A stretch of DNA of 62,693 bases from contig PKEU01000188.1 in NCBI GenBank assembly GCA_002919195.1, positions 1 to 62,693 on the forward strand, given 5' to 3'. Of the stretch, positions 26,554-35,377 are shown piece by piece. Both the position numbers and the translations under genes were made by a program. The notes below the pieces were generated by a model. That model was not told the origin of the DNA. It worked only from the letters and a program-made list of their open reading frames with translations, and searched no databases. Each line of letters begins with the position of its first letter. Position 1 is the first letter of the stretch. The DNA is from a bacterium. GTDB lineage: Bacteria > Bacillota > Limnochordia > DTU080 > RSA5.

Positions 26554-28395
26554 CTAGTCGCCCTGGTCGGCATCCTCAGCAGCGTCGTCACTGGTTTGGC
26601 CGCCGGAACTCTTTTTCTGCTGGCCGGGCGCATGCTGCAGCCCGGGCGCGCGCTCACGCCCCCGCTCACCGGGAACCTGGCCCTGCGGAGCGGCGTTTTT
26701 CTCGTCGCGTTTTTCATCGCGCTGTTCCTCGCCGCGCCCCTTCGCCCCCTGGCCTTTCCCATTTTCGTTGCCGTTATTGGGGCCTGACTTGCGCTCGTCC
26801 CGTTCGCCCTTGCCCCGGTCGTCACCAGCACTTGGGCCACTCTTTTCGTCCTGGCTACGGCCTCGTCCATTGTTTTGTTGTGAGCCGCGATCATCGCGAT
26901 CCTTGTCAGGGCGATGATCGTTGGAGCTCGAGCCGCGGTCCCCGCCGGCGCTGCGGCCCCGGTCGTCGTCGCTCATGCCCTGCTCCAACGCCGCGCTCGC
27001 CCCCCGCGCCTCCCTCACCTCCGCCGCGCGGGCATGTCCGGGCGGGCCGCCGCGATCGGCGTCGACCACCCGTTCCCGGGGCGGCTCATCGTAGGTGGAG
27101 CTTACAGATACACTGGCCGCGGCAGGCGCATCGTCCTGCCGGGCGGCCCGGCTTGCGACGCTCGCAGTCCGGGCGATCGCTTCCCGCCCCGGCTGGGTGT
27201 TATCGCCTGCGCCGCCTTCCGCGCCGTCCCTCTCTTCGTCCCGGCGGCGAGGCTCGTCCGGAGCCGGCGGGGCGATCGAATCGCCGGTCGCGTCGCCCGG
27301 CGAATCCTCCCCATTGTAGCTCAGCAAGCTGGGGAGTGTCGGGATGGGTCCGGGAGGCCACACCGGGGTGGGAAAATGAAAGCGAAAACCGTCCGGTTGG
27401 CGGGAGTTTCCACCGTCACCGCCGGATCCAGCTTCACCGGCGCCCTCCACCAGCTCCGGGCCGCCGCCGCTGCTCGCCGGCGTGCCGCCCGCCGCTTGAG
27501 AACGCGGCTCCTCTAACCCCTCTTCGGCGCCCTGCTCCTTTCCGGGCCGCAGCAACCGGGAGAAGAACCCAAAAAGCCCCCCTTGGGCCTGCTCCCGGCG
27601 GGAGGCCTTCCACTCCTCTTGTTCTTTGAGCCACGGCTGCATCTCGCCCCAACGCCGCGACTCCTCGGCGCCCAGGAGGCGTGGACCCACGGGTTCTTGC
27701 TCCGGCAAGACCTCGATCTCCTCACCCACTCCGACAAGGTACTCGTTGCGGGGCGCAAGGGGGCTCGCCACGGCGACAACCCCTTCGCGCACTGAGACAA
27801 TGGTCCTGCCCGTCACGCCCACGTCGACGGCAAAGAGGGTGCCTCGCACCCCCGCGATCGCGCTGGGCGTTTCAACCGAAAAGTTTCGGAGCCGGCTGAG
27901 CGCCTCGGCAACATGGACCCAGACCCTTCCCACCCAAAGGCGGAGGGTCGGCAGCTGCTCCCCCGTCTCGGGGTCCACCTCCCGCAGGAGCCCCGTGACG
28001 ACCTCGACACGGCTGCTGGGCGCGACCCGGACGCGCGCGGTGTGTTCAAACTCCACTTCGATCCAACTGTCTTCACCGGTCCAGATCTGATCGCCCCGGA
28101 AAAGCAAAAGTCCCGGCTTGACCGGCGACATCATGCGTTCGTCGGGCGTGCCCCGGTCGCGGATGACCGAGACGTTGCCATAGGACGCGATGACGATCGC
28201 GATGGGCGTTTCATCTTGAAGGAGGATTTCTTCACCGTTTAAAGCATTGGCGAGCAAGACGGAGGGGTTCGACCAGAGGGAGCCAAGGAGAGCGAGCACG
28301 ACAAGAAACGCGGCGGCAGCCGCCCATCCTACCCTTTCCCGCATCGATACCACCCCGCCAACCAGATTGGTAAGCCTCGAGCCCGACCATCCCAT
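26554..28395 (-). CDS. Membrane-anchored FecR-domain protein with a ~320-aa low-complexity charged tail
   Basis: One N-terminal TM helix (VGWAAAAAFLVVLALLGSLW), a FecR-type beta domain (...VRVAPSSRVEVV...TPSAIAGVRGTLFAV...), then G/D/R/E/S-rich sequence to the stop. An alternative start lies at 28344. Confidence 0.7.
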   Translation of the reverse strand: MGWSGSRLTNLVGGVVSMRERVGWAAAAAFLVVLALLGSLWSNPSVLLANALNGEEILLQDETPIAIVIASYGNVSVIRDRGTPDERMMSPVKPGLLLFRGDQIWTGEDSWIEVEFEHTARVRVAPSSRVEVVTGLLREVDPETGEQLPTLRLWVGRVWVHVAEALSRLRNFSVETPSAIAGVRGTLFAVDVGVTGRTIVSVREGVVAVASPLAPRNEYLVGVGEEIEVLPEQEPVGPRLLGAEESRRWGEMQPWLKEQEEWKASRREQAQGGLFGFFSRLLRPGKEQGAEEGLEEPRSQAAGGTPASSGGGPELVEGAGEAGSGGDGGNSRQPDGFRFHFPTPVWPPGPIPTLPSLLSYNGEDSPGDATGDSIAPPAPDEPRRRDEERDGAEGGAGDNTQPGREAIARTASVASRAARQDDAPAAASVSVSSTYDEPPRERVVDADRGGPPGHARAAEVREARGASAALEQGMSDDDRGRSAGGDRGSSSNDHRPDKDRDDRGSQQNNGRGRSQDEKSGPSAGDDRGKGERDERKSGPNNGNENGKGQGAKGRGEEQRDEKRDEKNAAPQGQVPGERGRERAPGLQHAPGQQKKSSGGQTSDDAAEDADQGD

Positions 28396-28465
28396 CTACC
28401 ATCCCAGCTTCAGTGTCATCCAATCTCTTCAGCGTGTCTGTGACCACGGTCACCGTTTGAAAAAG

Positions 28466-30364
28466 TTACTCGAAAGCAGCAGGATCATCTGGAGGTACCA
28501 GATCATCGACGTCCTTGAGATCGCTAGCGGCAATGACGGAACGGCCAGGGGTCAGCTGGTAGAGCTCGACGGGTTTGGCCCGCCCCCTAAGGTGAGTCGC
28601 CCCCAAGGGAGTCACCTGCATGGCGACGCCCCCTCCCACCTGCGCCATGGTCTCCTCGCTGGCCACGACCGTCCCCGGCGGCGCGAGCTCTTGCAGCCTC
28701 GAAGCGACGTTGACGGCGTCGCCGATGGCCGTGTACTCTTGGCGCCGCCACGAGCCGACCGAGCCGATAATCGCTTCCCCTGTGTGAATCCCTACGCCGA
28801 TTTCCAGACGTTCCCTCCTTCCAGAAGTTACCTTTTTTTCCAGTTCAATCCGGCGAAGCATGTGGAGGCCAGCCCGGACCGCCTGCTCTGCGTGATCCTC
28901 GGAGGGGATGGGAGCGCCAAAGACCGCCATCAACCCGTCGCCGAGGAACTTGTCGACCATCCCGCCGTGGAGCAACACCGACTCCGTCATGATCTCGAGA
29001 TACCGGTTGAGCCTCAATACCACGTCTTCGGGCCGCTCCACTTCGGCGTAGCCCGTAAATCCTCTCACGTCGGCAAAGAGGATGGTCACCTCGCGGCGAG
29101 CGCCTTGGGTTTCGGCGATCCCCGGATCCTCAAGCAGGATGTCGACCACCTCCGGGGCGACGTACCGGCGAAAAGTCTCCCGGATCCGTTGCGCCTCCCG
29201 TTCGGCCTGCTGCCGGGTAACCCACAATCCCACCGCGTAGGTAACGATCAGCGTCAAAGAGACGGGCGCCACCGGCACCCACGTGCCGGCGGCGGTAAAC
29301 CGCCACAGGGCCGTCCCGCCGCTCGCGAGCACCAGGCCCAAAAAGACGCCGCTCGCCTTCCACGGCCCCAAACCAAAAGCGGCAGCGCCCATGATGATCC
29401 CGGTGGCGAGCGCCGCCAGCGCGCCCATCCAAGGACTTGTGCGGTGGATGTACTGGCCGTCGAGGAAAGACGAGACCGCCGCGGCGTGGATATAGACACC
29501 GGGGATGCTCCCGAGAGGACGTAGAGGCGTCAGGTGCCGGTCGTGGGTCTCAAGGCCGGCGGCCGTCACCCCCACCAGCACGGGGCGGCCGGCAAGACGG
29601 CTGCGCATGCGCCCCGCCAAGACGTCGGCGGCGGAGACTGTCTCCGCGATGCTGTCGACCGAAAGGCGGCCGCCGGAACCCGCGAGCCGGTAATTGACGA
29701 GGAGCCTTCCAGAGGCGTCCAGGGGCGGGGCTTTCAGCCCTCCCTCGCCCGCCCGCGAGGCGAGCGAGGCGACGATCCAACTAAAGGCTCTGACCGGCCC
29801 CTGGGCCGTATTCACTTCGAAAGCGAAGCGACGGACCACGCCGTCCCCGTCGACGACGGTGTTGATGTGGCCCACACGGACGTTGGGCGAAAGAAAGGTA
29901 TCGTCCGGGATGAGCTCCCGGTCGCCGGCCCGCGCGAGCGCCAGCACCACCGGCGCCTGCCCCTGGCCCAAAGCCCTGGCGAGGCGGCTGTCGGCCCACG
30001 CGTCGTCCAACTCCGAATAGATGATGTCGACACCCAGCACCGAAGGGTTCGCGTTGAGGATGGCCGTAAACAGCTCCGCTTGAACCGCCCGGGGCCAGGG
30101 CCAGCGGCCGTACTCGAGCACGGATCGGTCGTCGATGGCGACCACGGTCACAGGGCTGCGCTCAGGCTCCGGCGCGACCAGGTAACGAGCGATGAAACGG
30201 GCGTCGAGCGTCAACCATTCTAAAGCGTCCAGCAGTCCCAGCTGTGTAAGGAGAAGGATCAAGGCGGCGATCAATAGCCCCACGCAGGCGCCTAAGACCG
30301 ATCGCCGCCAGTTCTTCTGTCCGAGGGCCCGCCTCCAGGCGGTGCCGATCAAAGATCTTGTCAT
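28466..30364 (-). CDS. CHASE2-sensor class III adenylate/guanylate cyclase
   Basis: TM helix, extracytoplasmic CHASE2-like region, three TM helices, then cyclase domain VTILFADVRGFTGYAE...GDGLMAVFGAP...IGVGIHTGEAIIGSVGS...YTAIGDAVNVASRL. The ATG at 30364 overlaps the VanZ stop (ATGA). The upstream 75 aa of ORF 28466..30589 are rejected. Confidence 0.8.
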   Translation of the reverse strand: MTRSLIGTAWRRALGQKNWRRSVLGACVGLLIAALILLLTQLGLLDALEWLTLDARFIARYLVAPEPERSPVTVVAIDDRSVLEYGRWPWPRAVQAELFTAILNANPSVLGVDIIYSELDDAWADSRLARALGQGQAPVVLALARAGDRELIPDDTFLSPNVRVGHINTVVDGDGVVRRFAFEVNTAQGPVRAFSWIVASLASRAGEGGLKAPPLDASGRLLVNYRLAGSGGRLSVDSIAETVSAADVLAGRMRSRLAGRPVLVGVTAAGLETHDRHLTPLRPLGSIPGVYIHAAAVSSFLDGQYIHRTSPWMGALAALATGIIMGAAAFGLGPWKASGVFLGLVLASGGTALWRFTAAGTWVPVAPVSLTLIVTYAVGLWVTRQQAEREAQRIRETFRRYVAPEVVDILLEDPGIAETQGARREVTILFADVRGFTGYAEVERPEDVVLRLNRYLEIMTESVLLHGGMVDKFLGDGLMAVFGAPIPSEDHAEQAVRAGLHMLRRIELEKKVTSGRRERLEIGVGIHTGEAIIGSVGSWRRQEYTAIGDAVNVASRLQELAPPGTVVASEETMAQVGGGVAMQVTPLGATHLRGRAKPVELYQLTPGRSVIAASDLKDVDDLVPPDDPAAFE

Positions 30365-30768
30365 GGCCGCCGTCGGCTCCCAAGACGAAGTTGGGGTTGC
30401 CGTCCGTGGCGATTTGCCCAGCGCGTCCAAAGGCTCAGGGCCATCGCGGCCCCGAGGGCGTCCGCGACCAGGTCCTTTAACGAAGGGTCCCGTCCGGGGA
30501 CAAAGCTTTGGTGATACTCGTCGGTTACCCCGTAGACGACCGCGACCATCCAGGCGATCCACCACGCCGTCCGGGGCGGCGCTTGCCACGCGCGGCGAAG
30601 CGCGGCGTGAAGCAACAAGGCCAGGACTGCGTAAGCAGCCGCGTGCAAGAGGTAATCAGGGATCCGGATCCCGATCTCCTCGATCTCGCCTCCGGGGATC
30701 GACGACAGGTAATACAAGAGCCCCATATACCCGATGGGGAGAAGCGTGTACCCAACCCGGCTCCACAT
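30361..30768 (-). CDS. VanZ family membrane protein
   Basis: DYLLHAAAYAVLALLL...DEYHQSFVPGRDPSLKDLVADALGAAMAL pattern, with four predicted TM helices. Confidence 0.75.
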   Translation of the reverse strand: MWSRVGYTLLPIGYMGLLYYLSSIPGGEIEEIGIRIPDYLLHAAAYAVLALLLHAALRRAWQAPPRTAWWIAWMVAVVYGVTDEYHQSFVPGRDPSLKDLVADALGAAMALSLWTRWANRHGRQPQLRLGSRRRP

Positions 30769-30778
30769 CGGCCAGCGC

Positions 30779-31579
30779 CTATCCCCGGGCCGACTTCAGC
30801 GCGTCGGCGCACTGGCAAGCGCGCTCGTCGACGGGCACCTTTTCGATCAGACGGAAGAGCACCTTTTGCAGCTTTTCGATGTTTTGCTTAAAGGCGATCA
30901 TCACCGCTTCGTGGCTCACCGGTTCGGGATGCTCCAAGGTGCCTACGTCGTAGTCGGTGATCAACGCGATGTTGACGTAGCAGATGCCGAGCTCCCGGGC
31001 CAGGTAACCTTCGGGGTACTGGGTCATGTTGATCACTTCCCACCCGTGGCTGCGGTACTCCTGGCTCTCGGCCCGGGTGGAAAACCGCGGCCCCTGGATG
31101 ACCACGACCGTGCCCCGCTCATGCACGTTGATCTTCTCTTCCTTGGCCGCCTCGATGGCCAGCGCTCGCATTTCGGGGCAATAAGGATCGGCCGGGCTCA
31201 CATGGGTGACGATAGGCCCTTCGTAAAAGGTGTCTTTTCGCCCCCACGTCCGGTTGACAAACTGGTCGGTGACCACCAGATCCCCCGGCTTGATGTGGGG
31301 CTGCAGGCTTCCCGCGGCGCACGGGCCGATGATCCGCGAGACACCTAGCTCCTTCATGGCCCAAAGGTTTGCCCGGTAGTTGATGAGATGCGGCGGGATC
31401 CGGTGGTCTTTCCCGTGCCGGGGCAAAAAGGCGACCCGCTTGCCTCCCACTTCACCGAGCGCCACCTTGTCGCTGGGCGCCCCGTAAGGGGTCTCAATCC
31501 AAATTTCCTCAACGTTGGTCAAGAACTCGTAAAATCCAGTGCCGCCAAAGACACCGATATCAGCTCGATATTTGCTCAA
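30779..31579 (-). CDS. mtnP: S-methyl-5'-thioadenosine phosphorylase
   Basis: IGVFGGTGFY...FLPRHGKDHRIPPHLINYRANLWAMKELGV...ITDYD motifs. A TTG start at 31579 follows GAGGAGGA. Confidence 0.85.
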   Translation of the reverse strand: MSKYRADIGVFGGTGFYEFLTNVEEIWIETPYGAPSDKVALGEVGGKRVAFLPRHGKDHRIPPHLINYRANLWAMKELGVSRIIGPCAAGSLQPHIKPGDLVVTDQFVNRTWGRKDTFYEGPIVTHVSPADPYCPEMRALAIEAAKEEKINVHERGTVVVIQGPRFSTRAESQEYRSHGWEVINMTQYPEGYLARELGICYVNIALITDYDVGTLEHPEPVSHEAVMIAFKQNIEKLQKVLFRLIEKVPVDERACQCADALKSARG

Positions 31580-31660
31580 CGGGCGCGATCCTCCTCGTGG
31601 ACAGGTGCACCATGGCTTCCACACGCTTCACTTCCACGCGCGGGCATGGCCTCCTTTTCA

Positions 31661-34600
31661 TTACCAAAGGTACGGCAGAGCGAGAGAGACTTCAAGGCGG
31701 GGCCCCTGGTGCCTCGCCGACGCGCCGGTCAAAACCCCGGTCAAAGCTCCGGCCCCAGCCGGCAGCTCCGTCCAAGACACCGCTTGAGCCCCGGCGCCGT
31801 TTTCTGCCGCTCCTCCCGGCGAAAGCCCGTCTTGCACATCCCACACGAGGCCGACGCGAAGCACGGGTCCTTGCTCCCCGGGAGAAAGGCCTCGCTCCAG
31901 CCCGATGCCGTACCGCAGGTCCTTGCGCCCGCCCGTGGTGACCGTCCATGAAGAGCTCGCCGCCACGGCCCACGGGCCGGTGATGTGCCGGCGGATCGAA
32001 ATATGGTACGCAGCGTGCTGCAAGGCCGTGTCGTGCACTCCCACTTTGCGCTGGACTTCAGCCCGTCCCGTCCAGGGACCCTTGGACGCTGCCGCTCGGA
32101 GCACGGAGGTGGTGTACTCTTGCCACGCTCCTTTCTCATGCACCGCTCCCCGTCCCCAGCCAGCCTGCCACCGGCCGAAGCTCCAGTTTCCTCCCACGAC
32201 GAATATGGCCTCCAGCTCGCCGTCGTCCCGGTTGACCTTCCCGTCGACTTCGAGCCCCCACTCCCAGCGACCATCGGCGGTATCCCCTTCGATGAGGAAG
32301 CGCCAATCTGTTTTTTCGTATGCGTTGGCTCGCCAAAACGCCGCAGAGCCATCGCCCGCCGCCGTCCCGCTCCACTCCAGCCGGGTGAGCGCCGTTCCCC
32401 GCCGCAGGTCGATCCTGAGCTTGTCCTTGATCTCTTTCAGGTCCACCGCCCGGCTCAACCGGAGGCCGGTGTTGAGCTGCAGTGGCGCCGTTTCCCCGGG
32501 AGCCGGCCAGCTGAAAGAGCGGTTCAGCGTGACGCCGAGCTCATAGGCCTGGTCCACCTCGCCATAGGGCGCCATGATCTCGTACTTGGCCCACGGCCGG
32601 ACCTGGCCCCGGGTGACTCGCCAGCTCACCGCGAGGCGCCGGTCACCCCGGGAGAGGTGATCGGGGTTGTCGGTCGACGCCAAGACCAGCGCCCCCGCCT
32701 CAAGGCGCACGTCGTGCACCCCTGCCAGCCTGCTCCCGAGCCGCGCCGCAAGCCGAGCCGGCCCGGCCGGCCTTCCCTCGGCCCGTTCCCACTGGATCGC
32801 AGTGGAGATGTCGACTCGCTCGGCGCCGATGGTGAGCGGCCGCCAGGTGATCCCCAGCTCATGGGCACTCCCCTGGCCCTTTGAGCCCGCCTCTCCCGCA
32901 GTCATGGGCCAGACCATCCCCGACCACCACACGGCTTGCAGGGCGTTTCCTACCGGCGGGGCGGCCACCGCATGCCACCGCCAGCCGTCAAAGGGAGAAA
33001 AGCCGCACGAGGGCGAGAGTTCCCGCGGCCGTCCGCCTGAGAGCTCAAGGGAGTAGGGCCAGCGCCGGCCCGAAAGCACGACTCCCCCGTCCACCTCCAA
33101 CCGGAGCTCCTGCGGCTCCCCCTCCTTGAGACCGGTCCGCTCGACCCGGGTGTGACGCCCCCGGGTCGAGATCAAGGCAATACGGTTTCCCGGCGCAACA
33201 TAGGCCGCGCTCGCCTCTTGCAAGCTGCATGTCCAAAGATCGCCGGCGGCGTAGCCCCACTCCATCCCGAGCTGCAGCCTTCCCGGCAAATCCCGGTACG
33301 GCCCCGCGATCTCCCCCGGCGGGATCGACGCACCCGCATCCCTTCTTTCGGGCTTGAGGTCGACCTTGAGCCGGTACGCGGCTTCGGCGGGCTTGGACGG
33401 CCGCAAGAGCCCCAGCTTGACCTCGCGCTCAAGGCCCCTTTGCAGCTGGAAGGCAACGTCAACCCCCTCGGATCGAGCCGCCGCTTCAAACCTCAAGTCG
33501 TCCAAGAGCGTCTCGCCCGCGCCGCGACCGGCTTCGCGCGCAGCACCTCCTGTAAGGTCCAACGAGAAGGTGGCATCGGGATGCGCGACTCCGGCCCGCA
33601 GTGTCGTTTGAGCGCTTTGGCGGTCGCTCCCGGCGTCAAGATGTCCCAAGAGCGCGAGGTACCCCGAACTAGAGCCATCCGTTCCCCGCGCCTTTCCATC
33701 TCGATCCGAATCCTGACCCACCGCAGCGCTTTCATCCGGCGGAACGAGCGGAAGATCTACGCGCCCATGCGCGATCCATAGCTCCTCGGCGGAAATAGAA
33801 CGCGGCAGGCTTGTCCCCCGGTGGCTCTCCGCCCACATGAGCGAGGGGTAGTGGCCCATCTCAAACCGGAACTCTCCCCGCCGGTTGGTCTGGGCGAGGC
33901 GCCTGCCGTCCACCAACACACTCGCTCCGGCGACGAGCGGTTCACCCTCCTCGTACGCCCCACTGCCGTTGAGGTCGAGAAACACCCTCCCCGAGATCTC
34001 TACCGGCGGGAGGAGCAGCGGATCCTCAGCCACCGAGAGCGGAAGGCGCCTTTCCGCAAGCAACCCCCGATCGCCTCCAGGCTCGAGCGCCCCGGTAACC
34101 CGGATGACCATGTCGCTCCTCGCCTCGCGAAGCCTTGCCAGATCCCCCTCCCAGGCAACGACGTTGAACCGGACCCTCTTTTGCCGGTTCCCCTGCAGCG
34201 TGCCCAAGAGCAAGACCTCGCAGGAGCGATCCCAACCGGCGCTCGCAACCGAGCTCGCCCATCCCGACACCCTGGGGACGTCCGAGTCGACAATGCGCCA
34301 GCCCGGCGAAAGGCAGATTTCAGCCCGGAGCTCCATCAAAGTGACCCCTTCGGGGTTGATCACCGTCAGGGACCAGACCACAGGCTCGCCCGGCCGGGGA
34401 GGATCGCCCGCGACAACGAGCTTGACCTCAGGAAAACTGACAAGAGAAGACTCGGGCCCAACACCGTCCGTCGCTACAGCCCGGGCCGTTCCAAGCGCGA
34501 GGGGTTGCACCGCCTCGCCTTGCGCCTGCACGTAAAACACTCCCGAGGCGAGGAGCGTACCCTCTCCCTCTCGCACGATGCGGAAGCGATACACGCCCGC

Positions 34601-35377
34601 CTCAAGCCCGCTTTCAGGTAGGCTGTGCCAAACGACGACGTGCCACGGGCCTTCCCCCGCGGGTGCGGTGAGCTGCGCGACAAGGTCGACGTCGTCTTTC
34701 CAAACATCCAACCGGACAAGCTCGCCTGGCTCAAGCGCCCGTTTGCCCCCACCGGTTGGAGCGAAAAACCAGAAACTTAGCGGCTCCCTATACCCCGCGA
34801 GCACTTCCGAGGGGTGCACGTAGGCAAAGAGCGCGTTGTCCCCTGCAGCGAGGGTAGTCGTTACCTGGGTGACGATCGCCGTTCCGGGTGGATCGTCCCA
34901 AGAGGGGTGAACCTCGACGTCGACCCGGATCGCCTCGCCTTGAGGACCCGTCGGCCCGCCCCGTTGAACGATTCGGGCTTCATCCAAGGAAACCCGGACC
35001 CAGTCAGGCTCACCGCCCGGCCCGATGAGCGTGCCCATTCCCTCGCGGCTCACGCCCACCAAAATCGAGGAGCCCATCGGCGTCTTCTCGCCGCCGGCCA
35101 CGACCCGGGACGTCACGATCAGTTCCCAAGGTTCGTCGGAAACCACAGTGAGCTGCTGCGCTCCCGCAAGCCTCACAGAGCGGCCGGGAACAAGCTCGGG
35201 CAACGTCCAATGAGCTTCCGATCCGTGAAGGGAAAGCCCAACACCGCTGGCGGCCACCAGGGAAAAGCGCGCTTGCAGCGCAGCGAGCCCAACCGTCAGC
35301 GCGATTGAGAAAAGCACTGCGATCGCCGCCGGAAGAAGCGCCGCAAAGGCGGCGGATGGGTCCCACCGCCGCCTCAT
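31661..35377 (-). CDS. 1238-aa secreted multidomain protein: subunit-like N-terminal domain, Ig-like/DUF11-like and SdrD-B-like repeats, and a large predicted C-terminal OM beta-barrel
   Basis: Signal peptide MRRRWDPSAAFAALLPAAIAVLFSIALTVGLAALQA. The N-terminal ~150 aa are paralogous to the product of 36234..36854. GRVFLDLNGSGAYEEGEPLVAGASVLVDGRRLAQTNRRGEFRF is a Cna-B/SdrD-B-like motif. The last ~650 aa are beta-strand-patterned and end ...RLEVSLALPYLW, an OMP beta-signal. The start overlaps the upstream stop. Confidence 0.6.
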   Translation of the reverse strand: MRRRWDPSAAFAALLPAAIAVLFSIALTVGLAALQARFSLVAASGVGLSLHGSEAHWTLPELVPGRSVRLAGAQQLTVVSDEPWELIVTSRVVAGGEKTPMGSSILVGVSREGMGTLIGPGGEPDWVRVSLDEARIVQRGGPTGPQGEAIRVDVEVHPSWDDPPGTAIVTQVTTTLAAGDNALFAYVHPSEVLAGYREPLSFWFFAPTGGGKRALEPGELVRLDVWKDDVDLVAQLTAPAGEGPWHVVVWHSLPESGLEAGVYRFRIVREGEGTLLASGVFYVQAQGEAVQPLALGTARAVATDGVGPESSLVSFPEVKLVVAGDPPRPGEPVVWSLTVINPEGVTLMELRAEICLSPGWRIVDSDVPRVSGWASSVASAGWDRSCEVLLLGTLQGNRQKRVRFNVVAWEGDLARLREARSDMVIRVTGALEPGGDRGLLAERRLPLSVAEDPLLLPPVEISGRVFLDLNGSGAYEEGEPLVAGASVLVDGRRLAQTNRRGEFRFEMGHYPSLMWAESHRGTSLPRSISAEELWIAHGRVDLPLVPPDESAAVGQDSDRDGKARGTDGSSSGYLALLGHLDAGSDRQSAQTTLRAGVAHPDATFSLDLTGGAAREAGRGAGETLLDDLRFEAAARSEGVDVAFQLQRGLEREVKLGLLRPSKPAEAAYRLKVDLKPERRDAGASIPPGEIAGPYRDLPGRLQLGMEWGYAAGDLWTCSLQEASAAYVAPGNRIALISTRGRHTRVERTGLKEGEPQELRLEVDGGVVLSGRRWPYSLELSGGRPRELSPSCGFSPFDGWRWHAVAAPPVGNALQAVWWSGMVWPMTAGEAGSKGQGSAHELGITWRPLTIGAERVDISTAIQWERAEGRPAGPARLAARLGSRLAGVHDVRLEAGALVLASTDNPDHLSRGDRRLAVSWRVTRGQVRPWAKYEIMAPYGEVDQAYELGVTLNRSFSWPAPGETAPLQLNTGLRLSRAVDLKEIKDKLRIDLRRGTALTRLEWSGTAAGDGSAAFWRANAYEKTDWRFLIEGDTADGRWEWGLEVDGKVNRDDGELEAIFVVGGNWSFGRWQAGWGRGAVHEKGAWQEYTTSVLRAAASKGPWTGRAEVQRKVGVHDTALQHAAYHISIRRHITGPWAVAASSSWTVTTGGRKDLRYGIGLERGLSPGEQGPVLRVGLVWDVQDGLSPGGAAENGAGAQAVSWTELPAGAGALTGVLTGASARHQGPRLEVSLALPYLW

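Noticed and set aside
30365-30589. First 75 aa of ORF 28466..30589 (cyclase)
   Set aside because: It overlaps the VanZ gene out of frame. Met76 gives an ATGA stop-start overlap and a normal N-terminus (short basic segment, then a TM helix).
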